The translations under genes were made by a program, and so were the position numbers. 64,000 bases of DNA from an uncultured virus (IMG/VR IMGVR_UViG_3300027303_000001) (lineage: Duplodnaviria; Heunggongvirae; Uroviricota; Caudoviricetes): IMG/VR virus record IMGVR_UViG_3300027303_000001. The stretch is one strand, 5' to 3'. The notes below the pieces were generated by a model. The model did no database searches, was not told the origin of the DNA, and saw only the letters and a program-made list of their open reading frames with translations. The stretch's first letter is position 1; the number at the start of each line of letters is the position of its first letter. Of the stretch, positions 19,215-27,816 are shown piece after piece.

Positions 19215-21035
19215 TTACTGCGCAGGTTGATCGTCCCAGCCCTGGAAGGCTGGCATACCGCCCTGTTGCGGCTGCACGACACCGGGTTGATTCGGCGCGC
19301 CCTGCTGTGGCTGCGCGCCGCCGTTGGCCCATGGGTTACCAGCGTCGAAGGCTGGCGCTGCTTGCTGTGGTGCAGCTTGCTGCTGTGGTGCTGCGTCACC
19401 CCAGCCGGCAGCTTGTTGAGGTGCCTGCTGAACTGGTGCTTGTTGTGCCGGCGCTGCGTCACCCCACCCTGCGGCGGCCTGCTGCGGTGCGGCCTGAGTC
19501 TGCGGTTGACCGCCCCAGCCATCGGCCGCGGGTTGCGGAGCTTGCTGCTGAACAGGCGCCTGTTGCTGCACCGGTGCTTGCTGCGGAGCCTGGCCGCCAG
19601 CTTGCGCTGTGTACGCTTCATCCTCGGCGATCTCCGCGGCGGTGCGACGCTTCTTGCCCGCAGGCGCTTTGCCGTGTTCACGGCCGCCAGCCATCAGCAC
19701 TGCGCCATTGCCAGCCTGTTGCGGTGCCTGTTGCTGCGGTGCGGCCTGTTGCTGCGGTGCGGCCTGTTGCTGCGGTGCGGCCTGTTGCTGTTGTACCGGA
19801 GCCTGTTGCTGCGGAGCGGCGTCACCCCAACCGCTGGCGGCCGGTTGTTGCACCGAAGCCTGCTGAACTGGTGCTTGCTGCTGTGGTGCTGCATCACCCC
19901 AACCGCCTGCGGCTTGCTGTACAGGCGCTTGTTGCACTGGCGCTTGTTGCACTGGCGCTTGTTGCACTGGAGCAGTCTCACCCCAGCCAGACGGCGCAGT
20001 GCTCTGTGGCTGCTCGAACACCTGCGCATTCTGCTGCGGTTGCGCCTGAGCAGGAGAACCCCAGCCAGAGTTTGCGCCCGGAGCGGTCTGTTGACCGGCT
20101 GGCTCAGCACCCCAACCGCCGGCAGCTTGTTGCGGAGCTTGCTGCTGCGGAGCTTGCTGCTGCGGAGCTTGCTGCTGTACGGGCGCTTGTTGCTGTACCG
20201 GTGGGTTCTGAGGCTGCGCGAACTGCTGCTGTTGCACCGGCTGCTGTTGAGGCTGGGCCTGTGGCGCGGCCAGTTGCGGAGTACGCACGGTTTGAACGTC
20301 GGCCAAGCCAGCGATACGCTTGGTCTCGTCCTCGTTGTAGCGCTTGGCGACCAGCTCGTACTCTTGCGCGTCCAGGTAGCGGACCGGCTTGAACAGCAGT
20401 TTTGGGAAGTTCGCCTGCGGGTCGAACGAGACGTCGGCCACTACGGCGTTGTACGGCACCGGCTGCGGTAGGCTACTCAAGCCCTTGACGAAGACACCGA
20501 ACTCGCCCAGCGACGCTGGCGGAGTCTTCAGCTGGTACAGATCGCCAACGCCAAACTGGCCGTTAGGACCCGGGGCCAGAATCGCCATGGTCTTGCCATC
20601 GGTGCACGCCTTGATCTTCGCGCCAGTCAGTTTGTTGGTCTTGCTGCCCCACTCGTTCATCGGGCAGGTAGCGCACGAGTTCGCCTGACGCTTCGGCGAG
20701 TCCATACGTGGAGTGATGCCGTCATCGCTCGAGCAGTCCGGCGCGGTGTTCTCGCCCTGGTCCGGGGTCCACTCTTTTTCATACCACGTCTTCGTCACGC
20801 CATCGTTGGCTCGGACGATCACCAGCTGAATGTTCAGCGTCGGGATGACCATGGTTTCGGTGCCGCCAACGATCAAGCGGAAGCGCGACTGCTTCAGACT
20901 GATGCGGTTGACACCGCCGCCACCGGTACCGACAGCGGCGCCACTGTTCATCGCGGCGACTTGTTCCGGGCTCATGCCCAGCTGGGTCAGAAACGCGGGG
21001 GCTTGGCCTTGGCCAAAGGGGATCATGTTGTTCAT
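19215..21035 (-). CDS. Putative ssDNA-binding/recombination protein with a long low-complexity tail
   Basis: Globular ~250-aa N-domain (PDCSSDDG...CATCPMNEWGS...KAC), then ~350 aa of Q/A/P with GWG repeats and an acidic tip. Lies in the replication module. Confidence 0.6.
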   Translation of the reverse strand: MNNMIPFGQGQAPAFLTQLGMSPEQVAAMNSGAAVGTGGGGVNRISLKQSRFRLIVGGTETMVIPTLNIQLVIVRANDGVTKTWYEKEWTPDQGENTAPDCSSDDGITPRMDSPKRQANSCATCPMNEWGSKTNKLTGAKIKACTDGKTMAILAPGPNGQFGVGDLYQLKTPPASLGEFGVFVKGLSSLPQPVPYNAVVADVSFDPQANFPKLLFKPVRYLDAQEYELVAKRYNEDETKRIAGLADVQTVRTPQLAAPQAQPQQQPVQQQQFAQPQNPPVQQQAPVQQQAPQQQAPQQQAPQQAAGGWGAEPAGQQTAPGANSGWGSPAQAQPQQNAQVFEQPQSTAPSGWGETAPVQQAPVQQAPVQQAPVQQAAGGWGDAAPQQQAPVQQASVQQPAASGWGDAAPQQQAPVQQQQAAPQQQAAPQQQAAPQQQAPQQAGNGAVLMAGGREHGKAPAGKKRRTAAEIAEDEAYTAQAGGQAPQQAPVQQQAPVQQQAPQPAADGWGGQPQTQAAPQQAAAGWGDAAPAQQAPVQQAPQQAAGWGDAAPQQQAAPQQAAPAFDAGNPWANGGAQPQQGAPNQPGVVQPQQGGMPAFQGWDDQPAQ

Positions 21036-21071
21036 ACCTACCTCATGGTTCACGGAAGTGTGTTGGGTGTA

Positions 21072-21659
21072 TCAAGCACGACGGACGCGGACGACTCGCT
21101 CGCGACTGAAGGTGACGCCGGGCGGCAGTGCCCCGTCGTGTGTTTCGATCCACTTCTCCAAGTTGGTATTGGAGAGGCGGGACTGGAGCAAATCGATCTC
21201 GCCGGTCTGGAGCACCCAGGCGCTGAACGCAGCTTTGTCCGGGATGGCGGAGCGGGCTTGCGTGCTGGTGAAGACGGTACCGGCGGGCACCTTGAACGAG
21301 TCGGCGCCCATCTCTTTCAGCTTCTCGGTCAGGAACGCTTCACCGGCAGCGAGCTGTTCCTCGAGTAGAGTAGCCTCGTCCTTGTGCTTGGCAGACAGCG
21401 CGTCACGTTCGTCACGCAGACGGATGAACTCGGCCACGGCCTGAGCAACCACAGAGTCGACCGGCTGGGCCTGCTGCTCGATCACGGCGGTCTGCGCCTG
21501 AGCATTCACCCACTGGGTGTACTCGTTGAGCTTCTGTCCGGCGACGGTCGGGTTAGGGTACGGCCCGAACTGCTTGGTGAAGGTGACGTCCCAGAACCAG
21601 AACTGGCCCTGCTGGTCCATGAACCGCGGATCGCGGGCCGGTGCGTTGATGTCTTGCAT
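21072..21659 (-). CDS. Conserved replication-module protein (coiled coil plus LPPGV C-terminus)
   Basis: 195 aa: FIRLRDERDAL...SFKVPAGTV...LLQSRL...LPPGV. Confidence 0.6.
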   Translation of the reverse strand: MQDINAPARDPRFMDQQGQFWFWDVTFTKQFGPYPNPTVAGQKLNEYTQWVNAQAQTAVIEQQAQPVDSVVAQAVAEFIRLRDERDALSAKHKDEATLLEEQLAAGEAFLTEKLKEMGADSFKVPAGTVFTSTQARSAIPDKAAFSAWVLQTGEIDLLQSRLSNTNLEKWIETHDGALPPGVTFSRERVVRVRRA

Positions 21660-21680
21660 GGCTGAAACCTCAGATAAGGT

Positions 21681-21719
21681 GTGTAGTGGCTATACTATCA
21701 GTTGTTTCAACTGTGTCAA
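21681..21719 (-). promoter_or_regulatory. Sigma70-like promoter with an internal hairpin
   Basis: Minus strand reads TTGACA-16nt-TAGTAT. The spacer contains CAGTTG-AAA-CAACTG and the box is followed by AGCCACTACAC. Confidence 0.55.
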
Positions 21720-24235
21720 CTTAATCCGAGTTCTGATTTAAAAAGACTTAGAACCGAGTCCTGAACGTTCTGCTTCGTCTTCAGGGCTTGGTACAAGTTC
21801 TGTTCCATCATCGTCGCTGCCAGCATCACCACGGTCATCTTGTGCTTCTGGCCCGGTCGGTTCATCCGGTTGTTGGCCTGCTCGAACAGATCCAGACGGT
21901 CGATCGGGGCGTACCAGATGGTCGTGTCGGCTTCCGTCAGCGTCAGGCCGTGGGCCGTGGTCTGCGGGTGGGCCACCAGTATGCGCGGGTGCTGGGCTCG
22001 TTGGAAGTTATCAAAGATGACTTTCCGCTCGGAGTCGCTGGTGCGACCGTCGACCTTCTCCACGCTCCAGCGTTTGCTCAGGTGCTGGGCGACCTTGTCC
22101 AGGGCGTGGGTGACCGGGACGAAGACGATGACCTTGCGCGCCGCTTCCTCGCAGACTTCCTCGCAGACAGCCAGGCGGTCGCTGGAGTCGATGGAATAGC
22201 CGACGCCGTGCTCGTCGTAGATCGAACCGACGCACACCTGGCGCAGCTTGCCCATCTTCACCGCAGCGTTGGCGGCGGTGATCTCCACGCCGCGCAGGTT
22301 GGCCACCATGGTGGTGATCATCTCTTTGTACATCGCCACCTGATCGGGGCTCAGGCTACACATCCGGGTCTGGAACGTCACCGGCGGCAGCGAGATGCAC
22401 GCCTCTTTAGTGAACCGGATACCCGGCTGAAGAATGTCGTACGCCTTCTCGTAGGCGTCAGGCTTCGGCACCCACTTGTAGGTGGTGATCTGGGTCATGA
22501 CCTGGTTGCGGAAGTGGGTGTAATACCGCGGTACCACGCGGTTGCCATGCAGCAGTTTGGCCAGGCCCCAAGCGTCGGTCGGCTCGGCGGGGCACGGTGT
22601 CCCGGTCATCAGCCAGAGCCAGTCGGTAGGGCGGACGAGGTCTGCGAACAGCTTGTGGCGTGCGGTCTCGGCGTTCCTGAACTCGGAGGCTTCGTCCAGG
22701 ATCCACAGGTTAATGTCTGGGCGCTTGCGCAGCTCGTCGGCGATAACCTTCAGCCCGTCGTGGTTGATGATGTAGAAGTCCACGTCGCGCTTGAGCTGCT
22801 TCAGCCGGCGCTCGCGGCTGCCGGTCAGTACCGCCGTGGTCCGCTTGGACATGAAGTGTTGGGCGACTTCGTTCTCCCACACGGAGGACAGCGTCGACTT
22901 GGGGCAGACGATAATCGCCTTGCCTACCTGCTTCTGTTCCATCAGGTAGTCGGCGGACCATAGCGCGCTTAGCGTCTTGCCTGTGTTGCCAGTGGCGAAG
23001 ATGCAGCCATTACGGCGCAGCAGCAGGAATGTGCTGGGTACCATAAAGCAGTATTTGAAGCCGTCGGGTGAAGGCTCACGCCACACTGTTTCCGATTTCT
23101 TGCCATCGTTGGTGCCGCATAAGTACAGCAGCGCGGCTTCGCTTCGGGCGTGAACGACGTAACAATCCGCCCGCCCCTCGCGACGGTCGACAGTAACGCT
23201 GGCGGTCCGACCTGAAGCTGCGAACGCGTACTGAACGAAGTCCGCCGACGCCTTGCTGGTGCTGAAAAACTCACTGCTGTCGGCCTTACGCTCCGATCCA
23301 TCCCAGTGGACGCACTCGTCCGCTACCACAGCCAGCTGCTGCGCAGTGGCTTCCCAGAACTCTGACCCGAATTCTTTGGTGCGTACCGGCGCGAGGAAAG
23401 AGAAGACCATGAACCCGGTGGCCTTGGACGGGCGGGCGTACGCTTCGACTCCGGCGCTTGCCAGCAGGTCGCGCAGACGGTCGATCTTGCGCTGCTTCTT
23501 GAGGCGTACAGTTACCCGATGCGTCCCGTTCGGGAAGTGCCCGTCAGCGATAACGGCTACCTGTAGACGCAGCTGGTCGTCGGTCAGCGCTAGGCCCGGA
23601 AGCGTAGTGTCAGCACTGAACGTGGTAATGAACCGACCCTTCCACCCGTAAGCCGCTTCGTGGTGTGAGGCTTCCACTTGGTGGGCTTGGGAGACAGCCG
23701 TCTTGCCGGTGCTGCCGACGTAGAGCACGCGGTGTTCCGGCGACAACAGCTGGTCGACGCCTCGGCTGGTCTTGAACCGAATCATTTCCGGGCATGGCTT
23801 CTTGACGTACTCGGTAGGGTCGACGAACTCAACTGCGCCCGACTCGGGTACGTACTGCGCTACCTTGCCCCCCGCGTACTGGTCGATCCGCTGCCACCCC
23901 GTAGGTGACAGATACTCAGTCGCCGCGTCCACACATCCCATATCGTTGAGGCAGATGCCGCGAGGGTTCAATGTGAAGAACTCGGCGGTGGTGACCTGGT
24001 GCTCGAACGGCTTGTGCGGGTGGCGGATGGGGAAGTCGTAGAAGTAGCGGATCGGCGACGGGGCGGCGATGCCCATGTTGCGAAGCACCCGCGCCTCGTC
24101 CAGCCCGAAGAACACCTGAGTCCATGTCATGCCGTTGGCATCAGGTACGGCTCGAGCCTTGGGCACCACGCTGGTGACCCGGCCCGGGTCGCGCAGGGCG
24201 AGGATCAGGCTTTTAGATTCCTTGTGGACGTGCAT
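21716..24235 (-). CDS. SNF2-family helicase containing an intein
   Basis: DMG|TGKT Walker A is interrupted. WILDEAS, LMTGTP, AHGLTLT and QANNRMNRPGQ motifs are present. Confidence 0.9.
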   Translation of the reverse strand: MHVHKESKSLILALRDPGRVTSVVPKARAVPDANGMTWTQVFFGLDEARVLRNMGIAAPSPIRYFYDFPIRHPHKPFEHQVTTAEFFTLNPRGICLNDMGCVDAATEYLSPTGWQRIDQYAGGKVAQYVPESGAVEFVDPTEYVKKPCPEMIRFKTSRGVDQLLSPEHRVLYVGSTGKTAVSQAHQVEASHHEAAYGWKGRFITTFSADTTLPGLALTDDQLRLQVAVIADGHFPNGTHRVTVRLKKQRKIDRLRDLLASAGVEAYARPSKATGFMVFSFLAPVRTKEFGSEFWEATAQQLAVVADECVHWDGSERKADSSEFFSTSKASADFVQYAFAASGRTASVTVDRREGRADCYVVHARSEAALLYLCGTNDGKKSETVWREPSPDGFKYCFMVPSTFLLLRRNGCIFATGNTGKTLSALWSADYLMEQKQVGKAIIVCPKSTLSSVWENEVAQHFMSKRTTAVLTGSRERRLKQLKRDVDFYIINHDGLKVIADELRKRPDINLWILDEASEFRNAETARHKLFADLVRPTDWLWLMTGTPCPAEPTDAWGLAKLLHGNRVVPRYYTHFRNQVMTQITTYKWVPKPDAYEKAYDILQPGIRFTKEACISLPPVTFQTRMCSLSPDQVAMYKEMITTMVANLRGVEITAANAAVKMGKLRQVCVGSIYDEHGVGYSIDSSDRLAVCEEVCEEAARKVIVFVPVTHALDKVAQHLSKRWSVEKVDGRTSDSERKVIFDNFQRAQHPRILVAHPQTTAHGLTLTEADTTIWYAPIDRLDLFEQANNRMNRPGQKHKMTVVMLAATMMEQNLYQALKTKQNVQDSVLSLFKSELGLS
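22985..23935 (-). mobile_element. Contiguous intein (317 aa) with LAGLIDADG-like endonuclease
   Basis: Starts CVDAATEYL; block B LSPEHRV; VAVIADG and HWDGS motifs; ends FATGN, followed by T+1. Confidence 0.9.
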
Positions 24236-24278
24236 GTCTCACCAATCAGTTGTGCTGTGGTATTCTGCCGCTCTGGGT

Positions 24279-24707
24279 TCACGGCCCTTTAACCCGCTTG
24301 GTCTTCGAGACCGGCGGGTTTTCTATTTTCGTCACCCCGGTACCGTCCATACGGACAGCCAGGTGGTGTGTGCATACGTCCTTGTCGTTGATCACGGCGA
24401 TGATGCGCCAGCCCGGAGCGTCTAACCACTTGGTCAGCAGATCCAGGTTGCTCTCATTGATCACCATCGCGCTGCCCATGGAGGCGCCGAGCTTTTCCAG
24501 CCGGACACGCTGCAACGCCGAAACCTTCCAAGTGCCTGCCTTGGTCTCGACCCCGCCATAGTGCCCGTCTGACTGGCGACAGCAGCGAAAGTCCGGTGCA
24601 CCGTTGGTGCCCATCGAACTCGCTGTGTTGCCTTCGTAGAATGTACCATGCGCCCGGAAGTCGGCACGCACTTTTTCTTTCACTTTGCCTTCGGGGGTTG
24701 TCGCCAT
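24279..24707 (-). CDS. VRR-NUC-like nuclease (putative Holliday junction resolvase)
   Basis: TPEGKVK...GAPDF...GVETKAG...SALQ pattern. Confidence 0.8.
   Translation of the reverse strand: MATTPEGKVKEKVRADFRAHGTFYEGNTASSMGTNGAPDFRCCRQSDGHYGGVETKAGTWKVSALQRVRLEKLGASMGSAMVINESNLDLLTKWLDAPGWRIIAVINDKDVCTHHLAVRMDGTGVTKIENPPVSKTKRVKGP
24291..24329 (+). terminator. Rho-independent terminator-like hairpin, antisense to the VRR-NUC gene
   Basis: AACCCGCTTGGTCTTCGAGACCGGCGGGTT followed by TTCTATTTT. Confidence 0.55.
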
Positions 24708-25039
24708 CAGTACCCCTCCAGCTCCATACGCAGGCAGAAGATCGCGTAGTCCAGCGGCAGCTTGCCGTCGCTGCGCACACGCGAACGGATCACCGACGTG
24801 AACCGGTCCTCCCACTCCGCGCTGAACTCCTGCTCCGCACGCAGGGCGGCCACCGCGCGGCGGATGTCCTGCATGTCGGTCGGCTTGATCGTGATGCGCA
24901 TAAGTCCCTGGATGTAGTGCTGCCACCCCATGGCCTCTCGCGCCCGGCGCCGCTCACGGCTGACAAGCCAGCGGAACGTGCCGATGGCTATCATGCCCAG
25001 CAGGAAGGCGATGGCTATTACTTCCCAGCAGCGGTTCAT
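24707..25039 (-). CDS. Hypothetical membrane-anchored protein
   Basis: MNRCWEVIAIAFLLGMIAIGTFRW gives an N-terminal TM helix. Coupled by overlaps at both ends. Confidence 0.55.
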   Translation of the reverse strand: MNRCWEVIAIAFLLGMIAIGTFRWLVSRERRRAREAMGWQHYIQGLMRITIKPTDMQDIRRAVAALRAEQEFSAEWEDRFTSVIRSRVRSDGKLPLDYAIFCLRMELEGY

Positions 25040-25233
25040 TTGTCCTCCAGCGCGTCTGGGACGCGAGTGTTCCACGTTTCCGTAGCCTTTTCTTTCTGGT
25101 TCACGCCGAAGACTATAAATAGGCCTGAGCCAGAGCAAGGGCTGCCCTCTGCGCAGGTTATTCCGAGCAACCCTTCTCTCTCGGATAGACGCACCTCTGA
25201 CCCGCAAAAAGGACAGGGCTTTAAATTACTCAT
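25036..25233 (-). CDS. Lar-like (restriction alleviation family) zinc-binding protein
   Basis: LKPCPFCG...C...C...WNTR pattern. Confidence 0.65.
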   Translation of the reverse strand: MSNLKPCPFCGSEVRLSEREGLLGITCAEGSPCSGSGLFIVFGVNQKEKATETWNTRVPDALEDK

Positions 25234-26348
25234 CTTCTCCCCTTGCCGTGGAACTCACAGCGCTTAACGTCGCACCACTTCTGGCACAAACCGTTGGGTT
25301 TTGGTGGGAACACGCCGCGGCGGTAGGCGTCCTGCAACTGGAGGTATTTGTGTTCGAACGTGTCCCAGTGCTGGGCGTAGTCCTCGCGGGCGTATACCGA
25401 TGGTGGCGAGATGGTACCGTGTGCCAGCCAGATGTAGCCAGCACGGACCATCTGAACGTCAGGGAAGTCGGCCAGACCCAGGGCGCCGTAGAGCTGGAGC
25501 TGGGTCTGATCGTTCTTGACCTTGCCGGTCTTCCAGTCGAACACCTCGGCCTCGCCGTGGTTCGGGTAAACGATCGTGACGTCGATCTTCCCGCCAATCC
25601 AGCGGTTACGCGCCTGGTAACTCACGGCCACTTTGTCGCGACTCACCGCCGACTTGCGCTCGGCGTGGACGATGCCCCCGCGCTGCGCCGCTCGAGCCAG
25701 CACCCAGTCGCCCCACGTCTTGTACTGAGCCATGTTGCTTGGCATGGCCATCTGGCCGTTCGCTTTCAGGTACGCCTCGAGGGCGTTGTGCACCTGATCG
25801 CCGAAGGCTGCCTCGGCGCTCTGTACGTACGGCGAGTCCTTGATGATGTACTTTGCTTCGTACTGCCGAGGGCACGTCTCGAACACGTTCAGCGAGCTGT
25901 GGGACTGGGGGAAGATGTACGGATCAGGCGGCGTGATGTCGCGCAGCGGAAGCACCGCACGCGGATCTGGCAGCGCCGTGGCGGCGGGGATCACAACCAC
26001 GTGCAATCCGTAGGTTTTGGCGACGGCGATCATCCCGGCGGTGCCCTTGCTCTGGCCGTCCCAGATCGCGATCAGGCCGCTGTTCGGCTCGTCGCTGGCG
26101 TAGACCGCCATGTCCCCGTTACGGATGTGCCCGGCACCTTTGCCGAGGCGGTCCCAGTCGGGGACGAACGTCTTCAGCGGGATGCCGAACTCTTGCGCCA
26201 AGCGGTTGCCAAGCTTGTCAGCGCCACGCGCATCGCCCGTGATGATCTCGTCCGGGCGCGGCATCCCGCTGGTTTGAGCGAAGTGTTTCAGGGCCGCGTA
26301 GTCCGCCTCGGTATCGGCGGTACGCGAGCCCGCGATGATCAATCTCAT
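25230..26348 (-). CDS. SLOG (YspA/DUF2493-like) domain fused to a Cas4-like PD-(D/E)XK exonuclease
   Basis: N-terminal RLIIAGSR, GDARGAD, AGHIRN and IWDGQSKGT. C-terminal SHSSLNVFETCPRQY, GKID, DWKTG and LCQKWCDVKRC. Confidence 0.8.
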   Translation of the reverse strand: MRLIIAGSRTADTEADYAALKHFAQTSGMPRPDEIITGDARGADKLGNRLAQEFGIPLKTFVPDWDRLGKGAGHIRNGDMAVYASDEPNSGLIAIWDGQSKGTAGMIAVAKTYGLHVVVIPAATALPDPRAVLPLRDITPPDPYIFPQSHSSLNVFETCPRQYEAKYIIKDSPYVQSAEAAFGDQVHNALEAYLKANGQMAMPSNMAQYKTWGDWVLARAAQRGGIVHAERKSAVSRDKVAVSYQARNRWIGGKIDVTIVYPNHGEAEVFDWKTGKVKNDQTQLQLYGALGLADFPDVQMVRAGYIWLAHGTISPPSVYAREDYAQHWDTFEHKYLQLQDAYRRGVFPPKPNGLCQKWCDVKRCEFHGKGRR

Positions 26349-26518
26349 GCTGGATCCCTCACTTGGTTAATTTTAGCCCGTGTGGCCGCTGCCTTACTGG
26401 TCAGCCGTTCGCGGGTCACCGGACACTTCACCGTCTTGATCAGCGTGTCGAACGTCTCCAACGCCTTCGTCAAGCCCAGGCGTAGCCGGTCGTTGCTGTT
26501 CGGGGAAATGTTCTTCAT
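26345..26518 (-). CDS. Small hypothetical protein (57 aa, not in the ORF track)
   Basis: MKNISPNSNDRLRLGL...QVRDPA*, with an ATGA overlap with the next gene. Confidence 0.45.
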   Translation of the reverse strand: MKNISPNSNDRLRLGLTKALETFDTLIKTVKCPVTRERLTSKAAATRAKINQVRDPA

Positions 26519-26676
26519 CAGAAAGCCCTATCCTGCCGAAACCAAAGTCGGCCCAAAGAGATTCGCGAGCACCGCAATCGCAGCACTCGCGTATACGGAA
26601 CGTCAGGTAAACGATCCAGGTGTGTTTACCCGGACAGTTTACCCCGCTGGGCGCCCAGTCCCAAGGATCTTCAGGG

Positions 26677-27816
26677 CTACTTGGCCTCACTGTACCGGTC
26701 ACCGATCCCGCCCTCCGCTGCCACTGGCAACTGGTTCCACCACGCTGGCGCCACGCTGAATGTCTCGATCGCACGCTTCAGGCAGTGATCCGCCTTCTCC
26801 TCGCGAACACACAGCACCGCTTCGTCGTGGACCATGAGGACGACGCCCTCGCCGTGCTGCTGGTAGTTACCGAATTCGGCTTCCAGCTCCAGGGTCTGGT
26901 CTTTAACGACGCTGCCGGCGATCCACTGGCACAGGTTCTCCGTTACGCTGCCGCCGTAGATCTTTTTGGCGTAGCGCTTCTCCTTGTCGTCGTAGACCCA
27001 CATCATCTCCGGGTCGCGACCATCGAACGAAAGCAGTTCCTCGCGCAGGTTCTGGTACTGGAGCGCCAACCGGCCGTTCATGGTCAGACGGTTGTGCTCG
27101 ATGCGCACCAGACCCCACTGGTCCAGGTACTGGCCGCCACCCTGGTTCATCTTCTTGATCGAGTGCTGGCACTTGCGCCAGAACCCCACCACCTCGGTGA
27201 AGCGGTCGCGGTAGGTCTTGACGGTGGCGTGCGCCTCGTCGTCGTTCAGTCGCACGCCGCCCATGATCCGGGCGGCGTTCTTAAACGACTTGCCGCCTGC
27301 CTGGTACTGGAGCTGGAGCATACCGACCTTGCCGTGCTGGCGTTCCTTCTTGTCCTTTTTGGTGATCGGCCGGTTATACACCGTGGAGGCAAACGAGGAA
27401 TAGACGTCGATCCCACGGCGCAGCTCGTCGACCGTATCCAGCTGGCCGGCCAGCAGGTGGCACACCCGCAGTTCGATCTGGCTGGAGTCGACCACGACGA
27501 TCTTGAACCCCGGCGGCGCCACGATGCAGTCGCGCAGGCCCACCACCCAGATCTGCATCTCCCCCTTGGCGTCCTTGATATCGAGGATCGTGCCGTCGGC
27601 AACCTTCACCTGCATCGTCGGTTCGTTGTACGCCAGCAGCCGCTCGATGCCGCGGTGGGTGCGCAGCAGCGCGCCGGTGGGGGTCTTCTTGTTGACGAAC
27701 TTGGTACCGCCCATGTTCTGCATGTTGATCTTTTGCGAGTTGTGGACCAGCTTGCCGTTCGCCGAAAAGCGATGGCGAGGTCCGCAGTTGACGATGTCAT
27801 ACACGGGAACTTGCAT
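26677..27816 (-). CDS. DNA polymerase family A, C-terminal part, led by a split-intein C fragment
   Basis: MQVPVYDIVNCGPRHRFSANGKLVHN|S, then motif A DSSQIELR, motif B RQHGKVGMLQLQY and motif C VHDE. Confidence 0.92.
   Translation of the reverse strand: MQVPVYDIVNCGPRHRFSANGKLVHNSQKINMQNMGGTKFVNKKTPTGALLRTHRGIERLLAYNEPTMQVKVADGTILDIKDAKGEMQIWVVGLRDCIVAPPGFKIVVVDSSQIELRVCHLLAGQLDTVDELRRGIDVYSSFASTVYNRPITKKDKKERQHGKVGMLQLQYQAGGKSFKNAARIMGGVRLNDDEAHATVKTYRDRFTEVVGFWRKCQHSIKKMNQGGGQYLDQWGLVRIEHNRLTMNGRLALQYQNLREELLSFDGRDPEMMWVYDDKEKRYAKKIYGGSVTENLCQWIAGSVVKDQTLELEAEFGNYQQHGEGVVLMVHDEAVLCVREEKADHCLKRAIETFSVAPAWWNQLPVAAEGGIGDRYSEAK
27739..27816 (-). mobile_element. Split intein C fragment (26 aa)
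   Basis: Block F VYDI; block G ANGKLVHN followed by Ser+1. Has its own ATG, preceded by AAGGGGTGG. Confidence 0.88.

Noticed and set aside
19227..20471. Long plus-strand ORFs rich in Leu/Arg/Cys or Val/Ala repeats
   Set aside because: They are antisense shadows of the Gln/Ala/Pro repeat gene and have no independent support.
25230..25920. Cas4-like nuclease as evidence of CRISPR-Cas
   Set aside because: Solo Cas4-like exonucleases are common in phage replication modules, and there is no array or other cas gene.
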